Shown: positions 50,258 to 63,748 of the stretch, piece by piece
Layout of the letters: each line of letters opens with the position of its first letter
Position numbering within the stretch: position 1 is the first letter of the stretch
NCBI RefSeq assembly: GCF_006345805.1
Contig: NC_043000.1
Coordinates: 90,024,001 to 90,088,000, forward strand
Source of the DNA: Octopus sinensis
Lineage: Eukaryota
Length of the DNA stretch: 64,000 nt
Reading direction: 5' to 3'
Notes under the pieces: model-generated
Seen by the model: the letters and a program-made list of their open reading frames with translations, nothing else
The model's database searches: none
Told to the model about the DNA's origin: nothing
Made by a program: the position numbers and the translations under genes

Positions 50258-50761
50258 GTAAGACATTATTACACACACATATGTGAGTATATATATTAGC
50301 ATCATTATTGTTTTAACATCTAATTTTCCATGCTTGCATGGATCAGACAAGATTTCATTGAGGAAGAGTTTTCATCCCATCCTGATGCCAACCCTCACCT
50401 GCTTCCAAGCAAGGTAATAATTCCATAGTCTATTGAAGTTGTTGTTTACTAAGATCGCATGACATATGAAGTAGGTATCACTGTGAATTTTTGAAAATAT
50501 TTAAGTGTAATTCCTACAGTCCTTTTGCTTGGAGAGCAACACCCCACCACCAAAAAAAAAAAAAGAATATTTTGATACTTCATTTGTGAAAATTGAATAT
50601 TTTAGAAAATATCATTTAAATGGCCTAATTTACCTAAATGAATAAGTAGCTATATTTGTGCTGTCCTATCTTTGAAACTGAGCTGATAATCATCTTCAAA
50701 TTACACTAATTGATAGTGACCATAGAGGTAAATAAATCCTGAGATTTTGGAACATGACACC

Positions 50762-51366
50762 ATTTCAGATCAGGATACCTACATAAATTCAATTTTCTCC
50801 AGTTCTGACAGGGATTTTCCCCCTATTTTCTCACGATGGCCTTGGAAATGATAAAGTGGGGGAGAAGAAGCTTTTTATAAAAAAAATTGGGGAAGAATTG
50901 CGATTTTTTTTTTCTTACCTCTCTTAACCAATTTAGTCCAATTTGTTTTCTACGAGGCACTTAAAAAAATGGGATAAGCCTTTATGGTAGGTAAAAAAAT
51001 GTGAAAATATTTTGAGATGAAAAGATATGTGATTTAAGAGAGATTTAGCTGCTGTTTCTAGTGTACTACAAGATTGCTGTGGGATGTGCTAGAAACGGCA
51101 GCTAAATCTCCCTTAAATCACATACCTTTATGTCCCAAAAATATCTACATAAATTTGTTTTTCCTACCATAAAAGCTCCTCCCACTGCTATTTTAGTGCT
51201 TAGTGCAAAAAAAAAGGCCTAAATTGGTTTGGAGGTGGGTGGGTGGTGTAAATTTTGTTTCATAAAAAGCTTCCACTCTTCATTTCCAAGGCTACAGTGA
51301 AAAAACAATGGGAAAAATATGTTACAATAGAGAAAATCCATCTCATGTGAGCATCATGATCTGAAA
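50762..51366. repeat. Foldback element with a near-perfect 34-bp inner stem (51028-51061 / 51089-51122) and diverged outer arms
   Basis: Nested inverted blocks: TCAGATCA/TGATCTGA, GCCTTGGAAATG/CATTTCCAAGGC, AAGCTTTTTAT/ATAAAAAGCTT, TTTATGGTAGG/CCTACCATAAA. Confidence 0.75.
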
Positions 51367-51559
51367 CTCAGGCCTCCAAATAATTGAATGAAATTACAGC
51401 TATTGCAAGCATTTCATGTATATTCAGCCTTGGTTATATTGCGATCCATTATCTGTAGGGGGCTCAGTTTTGATACACAGATACAGGGTATAAAACTGAA
51501 TCTTCACTAAGTTTGGAGCTTTACAATAAATTTAATAAGTATCATTGCAGAGCTCTGTA

Positions 51560-53359
51560 GGAGGGGGCGACACAGTTTGATCATGCAAAAACCCATTTTT
51601 TGTACGTCATTTTCATGACAAAATACCTTTTTCCTAGGAAAATTATATATCATTTGAAAGTTTGGGATGTGAACTTTGTCCTCGTATACTTTTAATCAAA
51701 ATCTGACACTTACCTAAAATGTTAGGGTCCTTCAAACACTCTGTTATTTCCATTGATTCACAAAATCTATCCAGTATTTTTTTTTTTGTCTGCTGAACAA
51801 TAGCCCTTGTTCTAGTTCAATGTACTTGTGTGCTATAACTCGAGTTGTGTTGAAAATCATACGCTCATGTAGATGAATGGTTTAGCTTTATTTTGATATA
51901 AGACTTAATGGGAGTTGATCAGATAATCATTACAAAATATAAACGTGAAAATTTTATAAATTTTCACTTAGAAAAGAACAATCTCTTGAAGATTTTTATA
52001 CCAAACGAAGGAAGAATTTCTCACTAATTCATTATGGTCATTGCCAAATATGGCCATGATTCAGTTCATATGCCTGCCATTCATAAATGGTAACATCTGA
52101 AAATTAATTGCTTGCTTTAACATTAAAAACACCTGTAAGTTACAGCAAACTCTTTAGTAGGAGAGAGAGACACACACAAAAAAACAAAAAACAAACCTAA
52201 AATGAATCTTACTTGTGAAAATGCAAACATTATGACAAAATATTCAACTGTATTCAAAATTTGGTAAAAAAATTAAAAAACATCACATTGGACTTTTAAT
52301 AGTGTACAAAATAATATCTTTTGCACAATATAAATTTTAGTGATGAAAATAGACCAATATTTCTCTAAGAAAAATGAAATTCACTTGTACAAGAATATGC
52401 ACGAGTTAAAATCCACACATTGTTTGGCACACAGCGAGAAGGAATAAACATTCTTTTCTAATCTAGGCACAAGGCCTGAAATTTTTGGGGAGGGAGGGCA
52501 GTCGATTAGATCGACCCAGTACGCAACAGGTACTTAATTTATTGACCCCGAAAGGATGAAAGGGAAAGGAATAAACAACATTATCAGTACAATGACTATA
52601 TGCTAATTTTGGACTCTAGAAGCACTGTTTAACCCAATTTAGTGTAAATTCTCATAGAAGTATGTTTATTTACCAATTAATTTATCCATTTCTTGAAATT
52701 CTGGATCAAAATTGATATTTGAAGCCATGAATTTGTCTTCTGTATGACCTCTCGCTGCATGTAAAGTATGCATCTCAGTAGCATCAATAAGTGTTAGTCA
52801 TATACAAAAAACGTCCATGTACCACCATCTTCTTTGACTTTGCACTTTTTCACTATACTGTGACCAGAACTGGCAATGGCCATGATGAATTAGCAAGAAA
52901 TTTTTCTTTCTTATGGTATAAAAATCTTCAAGAAATTGTTCTTTTCTAAGTGAAAATTAACAAAATTTTCACTTTTATATTTTGTAACAATTATCTCTCC
53001 TGCCCCCATTGAGTTTTATATCAAAAGGAAGCTGAAACATTCATCTACATGATAGTATGATTTTCAACACAACTCAAGTTATAGTACTTAAGTGCACTGA
53101 ACTAGAATGAGGGCTACTGTTTGGCAGTCAAAAAGAAAACTGGGACAAATTTTGCAAATGCGTGGAAATACCAGTGTGTTTGAGGGACTCTGACATGACA
53201 TATAACAGTTGGATTTTAATTAAAACTAGATGAGAAGGAAGTTCATATCCAAAGCTTTCAAATAATATATAATTTTCCATAGAAAAAATGTATTTTGACA
53301 TGAAAATAATAAAGCATAAAATGTGATTTTTTGTGTTCAAACTGTGCTTGTCTCCATTG
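51560..53359. mobile_element. Non-autonomous DNA transposon with about 500-bp diverged TIRs (Tc1-like end); single TIR copy at 30283-30490
   Basis: 51560-52055 aligns to the reverse complement of 52865-53359 (roughly 75-80% by eye); the 30281 copy begins TA|CAGTGGAGACAAGCACAG. Confidence 0.7.
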
Positions 53360-56300
53360 TACAGTGCTCTGTAGTGATGCCTATATTAAGACATGTCAAA
53401 AAACTCTGACATTCTTTCATGGTGGGACTGCAGATGACCCAGTGGTTCTCAATTGAGGTCAATATGACTCTTAGGAATCCACATGAGATTTTGTTGTTAA
53501 AATTTATCTGCAATAAATTGGTCATACTTCTACAATACACAGAATATGTAAACTTTTTTTTTTATGCAATTCCTAATAATATTTAATTTTAAAAATAAAT
53601 GATTTTTTTAAACATTGGATGGCTGAGGGTACATCCAAGTAAAATAGGAATCAAAGGGGTTCTGTAGGTTAAAAATGGTTGAGTAACACTGTCTATATGA
53701 ATGAGGCTTTTACACATGTAAAAACAATGGGGAATATGAACTCACTCACACATACACACTTTATATTTAACAACTTCACACAAAAGGTATTGGTTTACCT
53801 GTGGTTGACAAAACCTGAAAAAGAAGCCTGTTGTATAAATACATATATATATATATGTACGTATAAAACAAAACATGAGAGATACTGTTATCAAAGTATC
53901 TAGTTTCACCATTTTATGTGCAATGGTGTAACTATATATCTTATATTTAAATCTCTCATGTCTTGTTTTGTTTTCTACATATACTTTGTAACATTCAAAC
54001 CCAGATTTAATAACAAAGGATACAATTGCAGTACATGAACAAAAACACATATAGAGTTCTAAATACTGGTTGTCATACAATTTAAGGTTTAAATTGTGCT
54101 GTACAAAAGTATAAATATACATTGTGTGTGTGCATGCATGTGTATCTGTGTGATTGTCTACATCCCTGTCTATTTGCTTATTCAAAAATCAAGTTGTTTG
54201 TGCACTGTTCTGTTTGGCCTCACCTGCTGGCTTTATGCCTTTCAAACCTGTGGAATAAGGGATCCTTTATTTGTAAACAGATAAGAGTTAATATCAAGAA
54301 GGGCATCTGGCTGCAAAATAATACCCGTGTAACATATTAGACTAACCCATGCTAACATAGATAAAAGACATAAAATGAATCATACGTTTCTGAAATGGGA
54401 AACAATATTCATGGTGAATTACATATCTATTTTGAAATTAATTCCCTTTTTGAAAATATAACCAAATCCTAGCTTGTTTAAGGCAAAGTTTTTAGTCTCT
54501 TTATTATTGAAATTGACCTTAAAAAATGTTGTCAATTTAAAGTAGCCATACTCAGTCTTGGCTCGAACACAAATGTTTGTGAGCAAGTTTCCAGAACTAA
54601 ACTAAACTATCACAATTATACTTGGTTTAAAGAGAGTCTAGCATATCTATCCAGTGCCCTCTAAATTTCTAGAACTTTATAAACATTATATTACATATAT
54701 ATGTGAAGGTGAATGGCTCAGTGGTTAGAGTGTTGGGCTCACAATCATGAGGTAGTGAGTTTGATTCCCGGACTGGGTTGTGAGCTGTGTTCTTGAGCAA
54801 GACACTTTATTTCACACTGCTTCAGTTTACTCAGCTGTAGAAACGAATTGCGATGTCGCTGTATCAGCCTTTGCCTTTCCTTTAGATAGCATCAATGGTA
54901 TGGAGGGAGGAAGTTGGTATGTATGGGCAAATCCTGGTCTTTCATAAACCACATTGCTTGGACTTGTGCCACAGAGGGTAACTTTCTAGGGCAACCCCAT
55001 TGTCATTCATGAGTGAAGGGGGTCTTTACATTTTTACATATAGTTTAGTTTCAACTTGCTAATTGACCCTTCATACAAAGCTTACATAGCCATTCATCTA
55101 CTATTAGCTTCCTTAGCATCTCAGTAACTATGTGCCAGTGCTTCTCTTTCCTTTATCACATTACACGATGTAACAAAATTATTTCTTTTGTCTTTGGTCA
55201 GTAAGTGTTATTTCTGATTTGCTTCTATCTAGAAATCAAAGGAAATGACTATTATTCCCTTCAAACTTTGCTTTTGTGACCTGGACATCAATGTTTTGAA
55301 ACTGACCTATTTTCCATTACATTTCAGACAGATTCAGCACTGAGTTGCTGAAGCAGAAATATTGTTATAGCAAATATTCTGCTCAATACCACAGATTTGT
55401 TTGACCGTAACTACTTGAACATGTCCCTTAGTGGCTAACAATATGTGCACTGATCATGAGCAGTAGTAGTCAGGGAATATCATAGTTATGTGTTGAGAGG
55501 GATTCTTTGGGATTTGAATAAATGTAACAAAATCAAAGTTTGAAGAAAATATTAGCTATTTTTCATACTTTCTTGGGGTGAGCAAATAGGAAAAAACAGT
55601 TGCCACTCAAGGACAAAGACTGTGTTATCAAGTCCTATTAGATGGAAACCCCTAAGATTAATGATACTTTTTCATCACACAGTATATGATGTATCTATAT
55701 CTATGTAGCTATCAGACTTTGGGTATTTCACTGAAGACTTTAAGTAGAGCTTAGTATTTATCTAATAATAATTCATGACGTGCATGCAGTAACAGTGAAA
55801 ATACAAAAAAATAAATGTATCTTAATACATCCTGGCAGATTTTAATGTGAATATCCGATTGCTGTTGCTTTTTGTTGACTGAACACCTCCTCCCTTTGAT
55901 GATGCATGTTCATAAAATGTGGCTCACCAGTGTAGAGAAAGACTTTGTGACACCTCAGTACTTTGACCTCCTAGCCATAGAAGTTCAGGTTCAGTCTCGC
56001 TGTGTGTCACCATAGGTGTCTGCTATTATAGCTCCTGACCGACCAAAGCCTTGTGAATAGATTCAAAACACAGCAACTGTAAGACGAGTATTGTATACAT
56101 CTTTTACTTGTTTCAGTTACTTGACTGCAGCCATACTGAGGCACTGCCTTGAAGGGTGTTAGTCAAATGAATCAACCCCAGAACTTTTTTTTTAAGTCTA
56201 GTACTTATTCTATTGGTCTCTTGCCGAACGGCTAAGTTACGTGGGCATAAACATACCAACAGCAGTTGTCAAGTGGTGGTGAGGAACGAACACAGACATA

Positions 56301-56740
56301 CATACGTAGATATGTATACATGTACAACAAGCTTCTTTCAGTTTCCATCAACCAAATCCAGTCACAAGGCTTTGATCACCCTAAAGCTATAGTTGAAGAC
56401 ACTTGTCAAAGTTTTTATGCAGTGGACTGAATACAGAACCATGTGGTTGAGCAGCAAGCTACTTACCACACAGCCATGCACATATATATATATTTACCTT
56501 TATTGCCCACAGGGGGCTAAACATAGGAATTAAGTTGATTACATTGACCCCAGTGCATAACTAGCACTTATTTAATTGACCCCAGAAGGATAAAAGGCAA
56601 AGTTGACCTTGGCGAAATTTGAACTCAGAACATAAAGACAGACGAAATACTGCCAAGCATTTCACCCGGTATGCTAACATTTCTGCCAGCACGCCACCTT
56701 GAATATATTATATATATATATCTATCTATCTATATATATA

Positions 56741-57500
56741 TCTTGACTGAAGATAAAAGGCTTCGAATGACCCGTCCGTGTTTTTTGTATTGTCTCTCTG
56801 GATGTTTTGTATTCTTGTCCCATTTTGTATTTTATTTTATGTATATATATATATATAGCAGCGTACGTACACCTTGTCCTCTTATATGTAAGTACACATT
56901 TCACTAAATTTTGTCCGACTTTTTCAAATCTTTCTCCCTACTCTCACATTTCTTTGTCTTTCTTACTTTGCACTCCTTGATTCTTCAGTCTAACTACTTC
57001 TACACACACTCTCTCTCTCTTCTCCCCTCCTTAATTCCTCTTTTTCTCTCTCTCTTCTCTTCTCACGTGACCGTTGGCCGACTGCTAGCCCTTTTGCGTT
57101 TGACTGTGGTCACTGCCATGTCGATATACTTCCCTTTGCCGTAAGGCTTAATTCCCATACACGCCAGCAGAATTCAATTCGTCCCCAGTCAAAAGGCGCC
57201 TGTTGTTACTATTATTATTGTTTTTTTTATTTATATTCGTGTAACATCATCTGTTTTTCCGTCCTTGTTTCGTATACATTCGTTGCTTTTTCCAAGGAAT
57301 CTAATGCTCTTAGCTTAGTTTTTCCGTGGGGCTGGCCAGATTGGAGCATTCTCAAGATTAATCAGTTGAAATTGCGAGGATGATCCAGTTCTTGACTGAA
57401 GATAAAAGGCTTTGAATGACCTGTCTGTGTTTTTTTGTATTGTCTATCTGGATGTTTTGCGTTCTTGTCCCATTTTGTATTTTATTATATATATATATAT
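56741..57500. mobile_element. Non-coding element with about 110-bp terminal direct repeats 649 bp apart
   Basis: TCTTGACTGAAGATAAAAGGC...TTGTCCCATTTTGTATTTTATT at 56741 and 57390. Confidence 0.75.
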
Positions 57501-57798
57501 ACACACCCACACAAAATAGTTTATGTGCAATTTCCATACACCAAATCCACTAACATGTGTCTGTATCATCAGTATATAAGTGGTGTCCTTCATTTGAAAC
57601 ATACTATGAAAACTTGCTTAACCATAAGGAAATATTACTTGACTTTGAAATAGGTGAGGGTTGGCAAAAGAAAAGGCATCCAACTGTAGAAAAGCTACTT
57701 CAACAAATTTTATCTGATCCATGCATGCATGGAAAAGAGGATAAAATTTTTTTCCTTTTTTTGTTGGAAACTTCCAAACTAAATGACCCAGGAAGTTA

Positions 57799-59048
57799 CG
57801 AGGGCCGTTCAATAAGTAATGCCTCTGACCCACTTGCAGTTGTTTGATCTAGCTGAAATTTTGCATGTGCAATCATTTATATCTCTATAGAGTAAGTGAC
57901 AAATTACAGCTCTGAATTAATTGTGGTTTCTGATTTACAGGTGTTTGAACTGAGTCAAGTGTGAAATGGAGCCTGTTGAGTGTCGAGCAGTGATCCGGTT
58001 TTTGTATTTGAAAGGACGCACACCACGGGAGACTTTTGATGAAATGAAAGTAACTTATGGTGATGATGCCCCATCATATGACCTTGTAAAACGCTGGCAT
58101 CGTGAATTCAAACATGGTTGGAACTCTGTGGAAACAGCTCCCAGATCTGGTCGCCCCTTCTGCCATTGATGAGGCATCTGTCCGTCAAGTTGAGGCTGCC
58201 ATTTTGGAAGATCGACGCATAATTATTCGCCAAATAGCCCATGAGGTCAAGATTAGTACCGGGTCTGTGGAAACTATCATTCATGACCATTTGCATATGC
58301 AAAAGGTGTCTGCCAGATGGATTCCCAGGTTGCTCACGCCTTTCCAGAAGCAAGAACACGTCGAGTGCTCGAGGGTGAATTTGGAGATGTGCCAAGATGA
58401 GTCAAAATTTTTCAAAAGACTGATTACACAGGATGAAACCTGGGTCCATCACGATGATCCAGAGACCAAAGCCCAGTCAATGCAGTGGAAACACCGTGAC
58501 TCACCCCCTCCAAAGAAGGCAAGGTCATGCTCACAGTCTTCTGGGACCAGGACGGAGTAGTGATGATAGATTTCCTGGCAAAGGGTACCACAATTGCAGG
58601 AGCCTATTATGCTTCACTTTTGAGGAAATTAAGAGAAGCTATCAAAATCAAGAGGCAGGGCAAGATCAGCAAAGGCATCCTCCTCCTGCAGGACAACGCT
58701 CCGGTCCACAACTCGCTTGTCGCCAGATCAGAAGCACAGGCATATGGCTATGAACTCCTCCCCCATCCCCCCTACTTTCCTGACCTTGCACCCTCTGATT
58801 TTCACCTCTTCCCAGTCATGAAGTTGTTTTTGAAAGGAAAGCGTTTCCCAGATGATGCAGCCTTGATTTCTGAAGTCACGTTCAGGTTGGGGTCTTCAAA
58901 AACGGTCTCCAGAGCTGCATCAAGCAATGGGAGAAATGCGTAACTCTGGGTGGTTCCTATGTAGAAAAAGACTAATAGCTGTGCCAAATTTCGTTGCTCT
59001 ACTGCTATGGGAAGTGGGTCAGGGGCATTACTTATTGAACGCCCCTCG
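57799..59048 (+). mobile_element. Near full-length mariner (DD34D) element with a frameshifted transposase pseudogene (57966 to about 58975)
   Basis: TA TSD 57797-98 and 59049-50; about 34-bp TIR CGAGGG(C/G)CGTTCAATAAGTAATGCC; HTH MEPVECRAVIRFL; QDETWVH, QDNAPVH, then 34 residues to the D of PDLAPSD. Confidence 0.95.
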
Positions 59049-59087
59049 TAGATCTTCACTTTTTATATTACCGAAAAGATAACAGAG

Positions 59088-59323
59088 CCTTTACCTGTCC
59101 CGTGTATCATATGACGCACAACAAACATTTCCTTAGCGTCCATGCATCATATATGATGCACACTCCTAATTCTTTTTTCAACCAGCAGAATATCTTGGGA
59201 CTTATGAAAAGGAAGCTTTATAATATTCAGAACATATGAAACAAAGGCTATCTAAAAGTCTGAAAACAAGCAAGGACATTTAAGACAAACTTTTGAAAAC
59301 GCTTTGGACAGGCAAAGGGTTAA
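59088..59323. mobile_element. piggyBac-like MITE (second family)
   Basis: CCTTTACCTGTCC ... GGACAGGCAAAGGG|TTAA inverted ends. Confidence 0.5.
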
Positions 59324-61692
59324 AACAGTTGCATTCCAGCCATGAACAGCAGAATAATGATAAAGATTTTAGTAAAATGTGCAGCTAACTGGAAAGTGGT
59401 GTCATTTGCTGATTTTTACCCAGCAGAAACTGTATCTTCTTGCATAACAAATACTTGTCTTAAACCCTTTATAATTTAAACTGATCATATCTGGCCTCTC
59501 ACACTTACCTTACAATGTCCTAAAAATACCAATCACATCATTGAAATGTTGATGCTATGAGATAATGTATAATTAATTCAAAATAAATGTGAATAAATAT
59601 ACATTACATGTGACAGAGTAATCTGAATGCTAAAGGGTTAAGCAATTTCTTCCATGATTACTGCAATCTGAATAACATTACACACGTCTTCAATGTCCTC
59701 TCTCCATTTTGTTCATCTCTCATTCTTTCCACTGACATTTATCATCATCTCCTTATTTTTAAGTTTTATTATACAGTTGCTGTTGTCTTTTTTACTGTCA
59801 CTTATCACCTCCTCCTTGACCCACTGCCATATATCCTTCACTTTATAACCCCTCCCACAACCTGAGATTCACCAGTGACCACACTTTCACTGCATTTATC
59901 TCTGTCCCCATCTCTAACCACTTGTCACTCTTTTGCACACTTGTGCACTTACCTTTTCCAATTCTCTTTCTAGTACCTTGAGTGTACATCCTAACACCAT
60001 CTTTTTTCTCTTTCCAGCTGAGGTAGCCATGTATCCCTTCTTTAGTCCTTAACAAACTACCACCTCTCAACACCTGGCACAAAGCACCTCCCCTTAGTAC
60101 TACTGCACTCACACCTCAGTTTGGGAACCTTGTCTTTTGAGCTATTTGCTCACCTTACCAATGCCATGAAAAAGCACCCAGTAACACTGTAAAGCAGGTG
60201 GTATTAGGAAGAGCATCCAACCATAGCTCAATGCAGTCCTTTGGCTCATAAGATTGTCAAACCATCAAACACATGCCAGACGAACATTAAATGTTTACAC
60301 ACTTTTTACTGAGTAGAAAACAATGCAATTATTCTTCATGCCATTCTTAGCAACAAAGACAACTAACTTCTCTATAGTTGCTGCTAGTTTTATTTATCTA
60401 CAATAAATTAAATTCATTATAGTTAATAACATTTTCTTTTAATTAAAAAAAAAAGAAAAAAAAACCAGTAGCTATAAATAATATGAAAGCAGAATGGCTG
60501 TGATATAGAAGTTATTTAAATCACTGGATTAAATTCTATTAGAAATGTTGTTAGCTGTTAAGATACTGAATCTTTCAAAAATTCATTGCTTGCCAAAATT
60601 TGCCATCACTACTCCTTTGAACCATAATGTTCACTATTCTGTGCATCTACTTCTCGTCTTCATTGCTGACTTTTACTTTATATGCCTGCTTTCTGCCCCC
60701 TCTTAACTTTCCGACAAGTTCATCAAGGTCATCATCATTTTTTCCCCCTCAATCTATCAAACTGCATTTAGCAGTTGATTAAAACAATATACGAAAGAAT
60801 AGTTTCTAGTTTTGTACATGCCTAACTGTAAATACAGTGGTTCTCAACCAGGGTCCATATAAGATATTGTTAAAGTTTATGAGCAATAAATTTGTTACAC
60901 TTCTACAGAAAAAGTATACTCTTTTATTTGTTTCAGTCGACTGTGGCCATGCTGGAGCACCACCTTCAGTCGAGCAAATCGACCCCAGGACTTATTCTTT
61001 GTAAGCCTGGTACTTATTCTATTGGTCTCTTTTTGCCGAACTGCTAAGTTACAGGGGACGTAAACACACCAGCATCGGTTGTCAAGCGATGTTGGGGGAA
61101 CAAATACAGGCACACAAACATATATACGACGGGCTTCTTTCAGTTTCAGTCAACCAAATCCACTCACAAGGCTTTGATCAGCCTGAGGCTATAGTATAAA
61201 ATACTTGCCCAAGGTGCCACACAGTGAAACTGAACCCTCTCAACCACACAGTCCCACTGCATGTATTTGTGTCTGTGTTATCATTTGTCTCTCCACTATC
61301 ACTTGAAAACCAATGTTGGTGTGTCTATGTCCCTGTAACTTAGTGGTTCAGCAAAAGATACCAATAAAGTACTAAGCTTACAAAGAACAAGTCCTGGGGC
61401 CAATTTCTTTGACAAAAACCTTTTAAGGCAGTATCTTAGCATGGCTGCAGTCAAATGATTGACACACAAAAAAAAATTCTTAATTAACTATAAGAATATA
61501 ACCTTTTTTTTTTTGTTTTTTAACAAGGGTCCAGTAGAGTAAAATAAGAATCAGTGAGGTTCATAGGCCAAAAATGGTTGAGAACCACTGCTATTATAGA
61601 ACAGATACTTGGTTAAACAGTATATAACAATTTCCAGACATGCCCAAATATTTATCTTAAGTTTTCATAAACAATTGTTTTTCCTTTTCCAG

Positions 61693-61765
61693 TTTTTTGG
61701 AAGAAGTATCTCAAGCTGTTCAAGGACAAACACCGACACGTTATAGCAACCATCCACGGTGGTAA
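61693..61765 (+). CDS. VPS45: VPS45 exon 14, terminal (SFLEEVSQAVQGQTPTRYSNHPRW*)
   Basis: Pyrimidine tract and CCAG ending 61692; phase fits exon 13 (AG+T = Ser); FLEEV motif; TAA at 61763-61765. Confidence 0.9.
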
Positions 61766-61775
61766 AAAAATATCT

Positions 61776-61781
61776 AATAAA
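61776..61781 (+). terminator. Candidate polyadenylation signal AATAAA (second candidate 61869-61874)
   Basis: AATAAA 11 nt after the stop codon; usage not determinable from DNA alone. Confidence 0.35.
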
Positions 61782-61974
61782 TTTCAAAATTAAAAAGTCT
61801 TTTATCCATTGCTCTAATTTAAGTGTTGTGTAAGAAATTCTTTATTATGCAAATTGAAAAAAAAAAAAAATAAAAACTAATGAACCACTTTGCTGTCTGC
61901 CATTGATTTTCACAAAATATCACATTATTGAATTAGCCTGAATTATTCAGATTAATTACTAAATATTTTACATC

Positions 61975-62290
61975 TGTGTCGGTGGCACATAAAAAACACC
62001 ATCCGAGCGTGGCCGTCTGCCAGCCTCGTCTGGCACCTGTGTCGGTGGCACATAAAAAACACCATTCGAGCGTGACCGTCTGCCAGCCTCGTCTGGCACC
62101 TGTGTCGGTGGCACATAAAATCACCCACTACACTCTTGGAGTGGTTGGCGTTAGGAAGGGCATCCAGCTGTAGAAACACTGCCAGATCTGACTGGCCTGG
62201 TGCAGCCTTCGGGCTTGCCAGACCCCAGTTGAACCGTCCAACCCATGCTAGCATGGAAAGCGGACGTTAAACAATGATGATGATGATGAT
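61975..62290 (-). mobile_element. RTE-tail repeat with internal 64-bp tandem units (related tails near 6410, 16540, 21150, 41645, 47040, 60170)
   Basis: TTTCTACAGCTGGATGCCCTTCCTAACGCCAAC motif shared with the RTE 3' UTRs; (GAT)n tail; TGTGTCGGTGGCACATAAAA unit repeated. Confidence 0.7.
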
Positions 62291-63748
62291 GAGAATTTTA
62301 ACAGTGGAACTCAAAGCACAAAAAGCTAGAAATAGTGTGTAAATATTAGGTTAAAAAGCCTGTTTGGATAGAAAAAGTAGAAGGTTACCTGTAAGACAAG
62401 AACCCACATCTGTAAACATGACAGATTTTCTATCATTGTACCAAAATCTTTCCAATTTCTCAATCCATTTCAGAAAATTTTGAGTCCTGCAGTCAGCCTT
62501 TGATTATTTTTTTTTTTTATCCAAATGTCTTAAGTCAAGATTTACATATTTATAGCTTTATATACTTTGTTCAAAATTAAAGAATTTATAAATTTTTGTA
62601 TAGGAATTTACACCACTTGTCTTCAGCAAACCACATCTAAATTAGTCAACCATAAAATAAGTTTTCTAAGTCATGATGGTAGTGCTGGTGACCTTCTGGA
62701 GGGCCCCCGAGACAAGAGGGAAAAGTTATCCTGGTCTTAATGCTTAGAACAGCGTGGACTCTGCTGAAGACACCCAAAAGCTAGGTGGTTGGATGTTAAC
62801 CCCTTCAATACCAATCTGCCCTGAGACTGTAACCAGTTCTATTAAATACCATGGCTTAAAGTGATCTATGTTAATGCTTTTCAACAATTTTATGCTTATT
62901 GGTTCTATGCATCAGCTTAACATAGCAAAGTTATTTTACTAAATTCATTAAAACAAAAGCAGTATATTCTAATAAGAAATATAACAAAAAAGTTAAATGT
63001 TTTTACACAAGAATACAGGGTCCAATAGTAAAAAAAAAAAAATTGGATTGTAGGGATGTAGGCTAGTAGTTTACCTGCACCAATTTTTAGTAGCTAGAAA
63101 GCAGTGTAATACACATCTACATGCTTTTATGACTGAGATGCTTTTTTGTTTCAAGTGGTGACTTGGTTACACAAATGAAATAGAATTAGTTTGAATAATT
63201 TCAGAGGAACTGTCTTAAAGAAAGCTCTAACCCTTTCGTTACTATATTTCTGACCAAAATACACCCCTCATGAGTTTCAATTAAATTCTAAAATAATCAT
63301 GAATTTAGGCTTGTTTCATTAAATAACTGTAACTTTTTTACTTATCAACATTTTAATGTGATATTTGGAACATAATTAAAGGAAGGGTTCTTAATCAATT
63401 CTATTGCATAACTTTTGTCTCAAAGTGACTTTAATTACAGGTAAATTCAGGTAAATTGAGCAAAAGGTAAAAATATTAAAATTTTAAATTGAGCAAAAGG
63501 TAAAAAATTAAAATTTTGTTTAAGCATCACTATAGAAAATGAATCATCAGCTAATATTCAAATGGGTATGCAACAAAATTTTGATAAAGAAGAATTGTGC
63601 ACATCACTAGATCAGTTGAATTTAATGCACAACAGGTACCATAAAGGTGAAATAAACTGAAATATTGGAATCCACCGTAAGTTTGACCGAACTAAAGAAA
63701 TCGGTCAAAAAATAATATACGGCCCTGGTTATGGAATGGAAGTGATAA

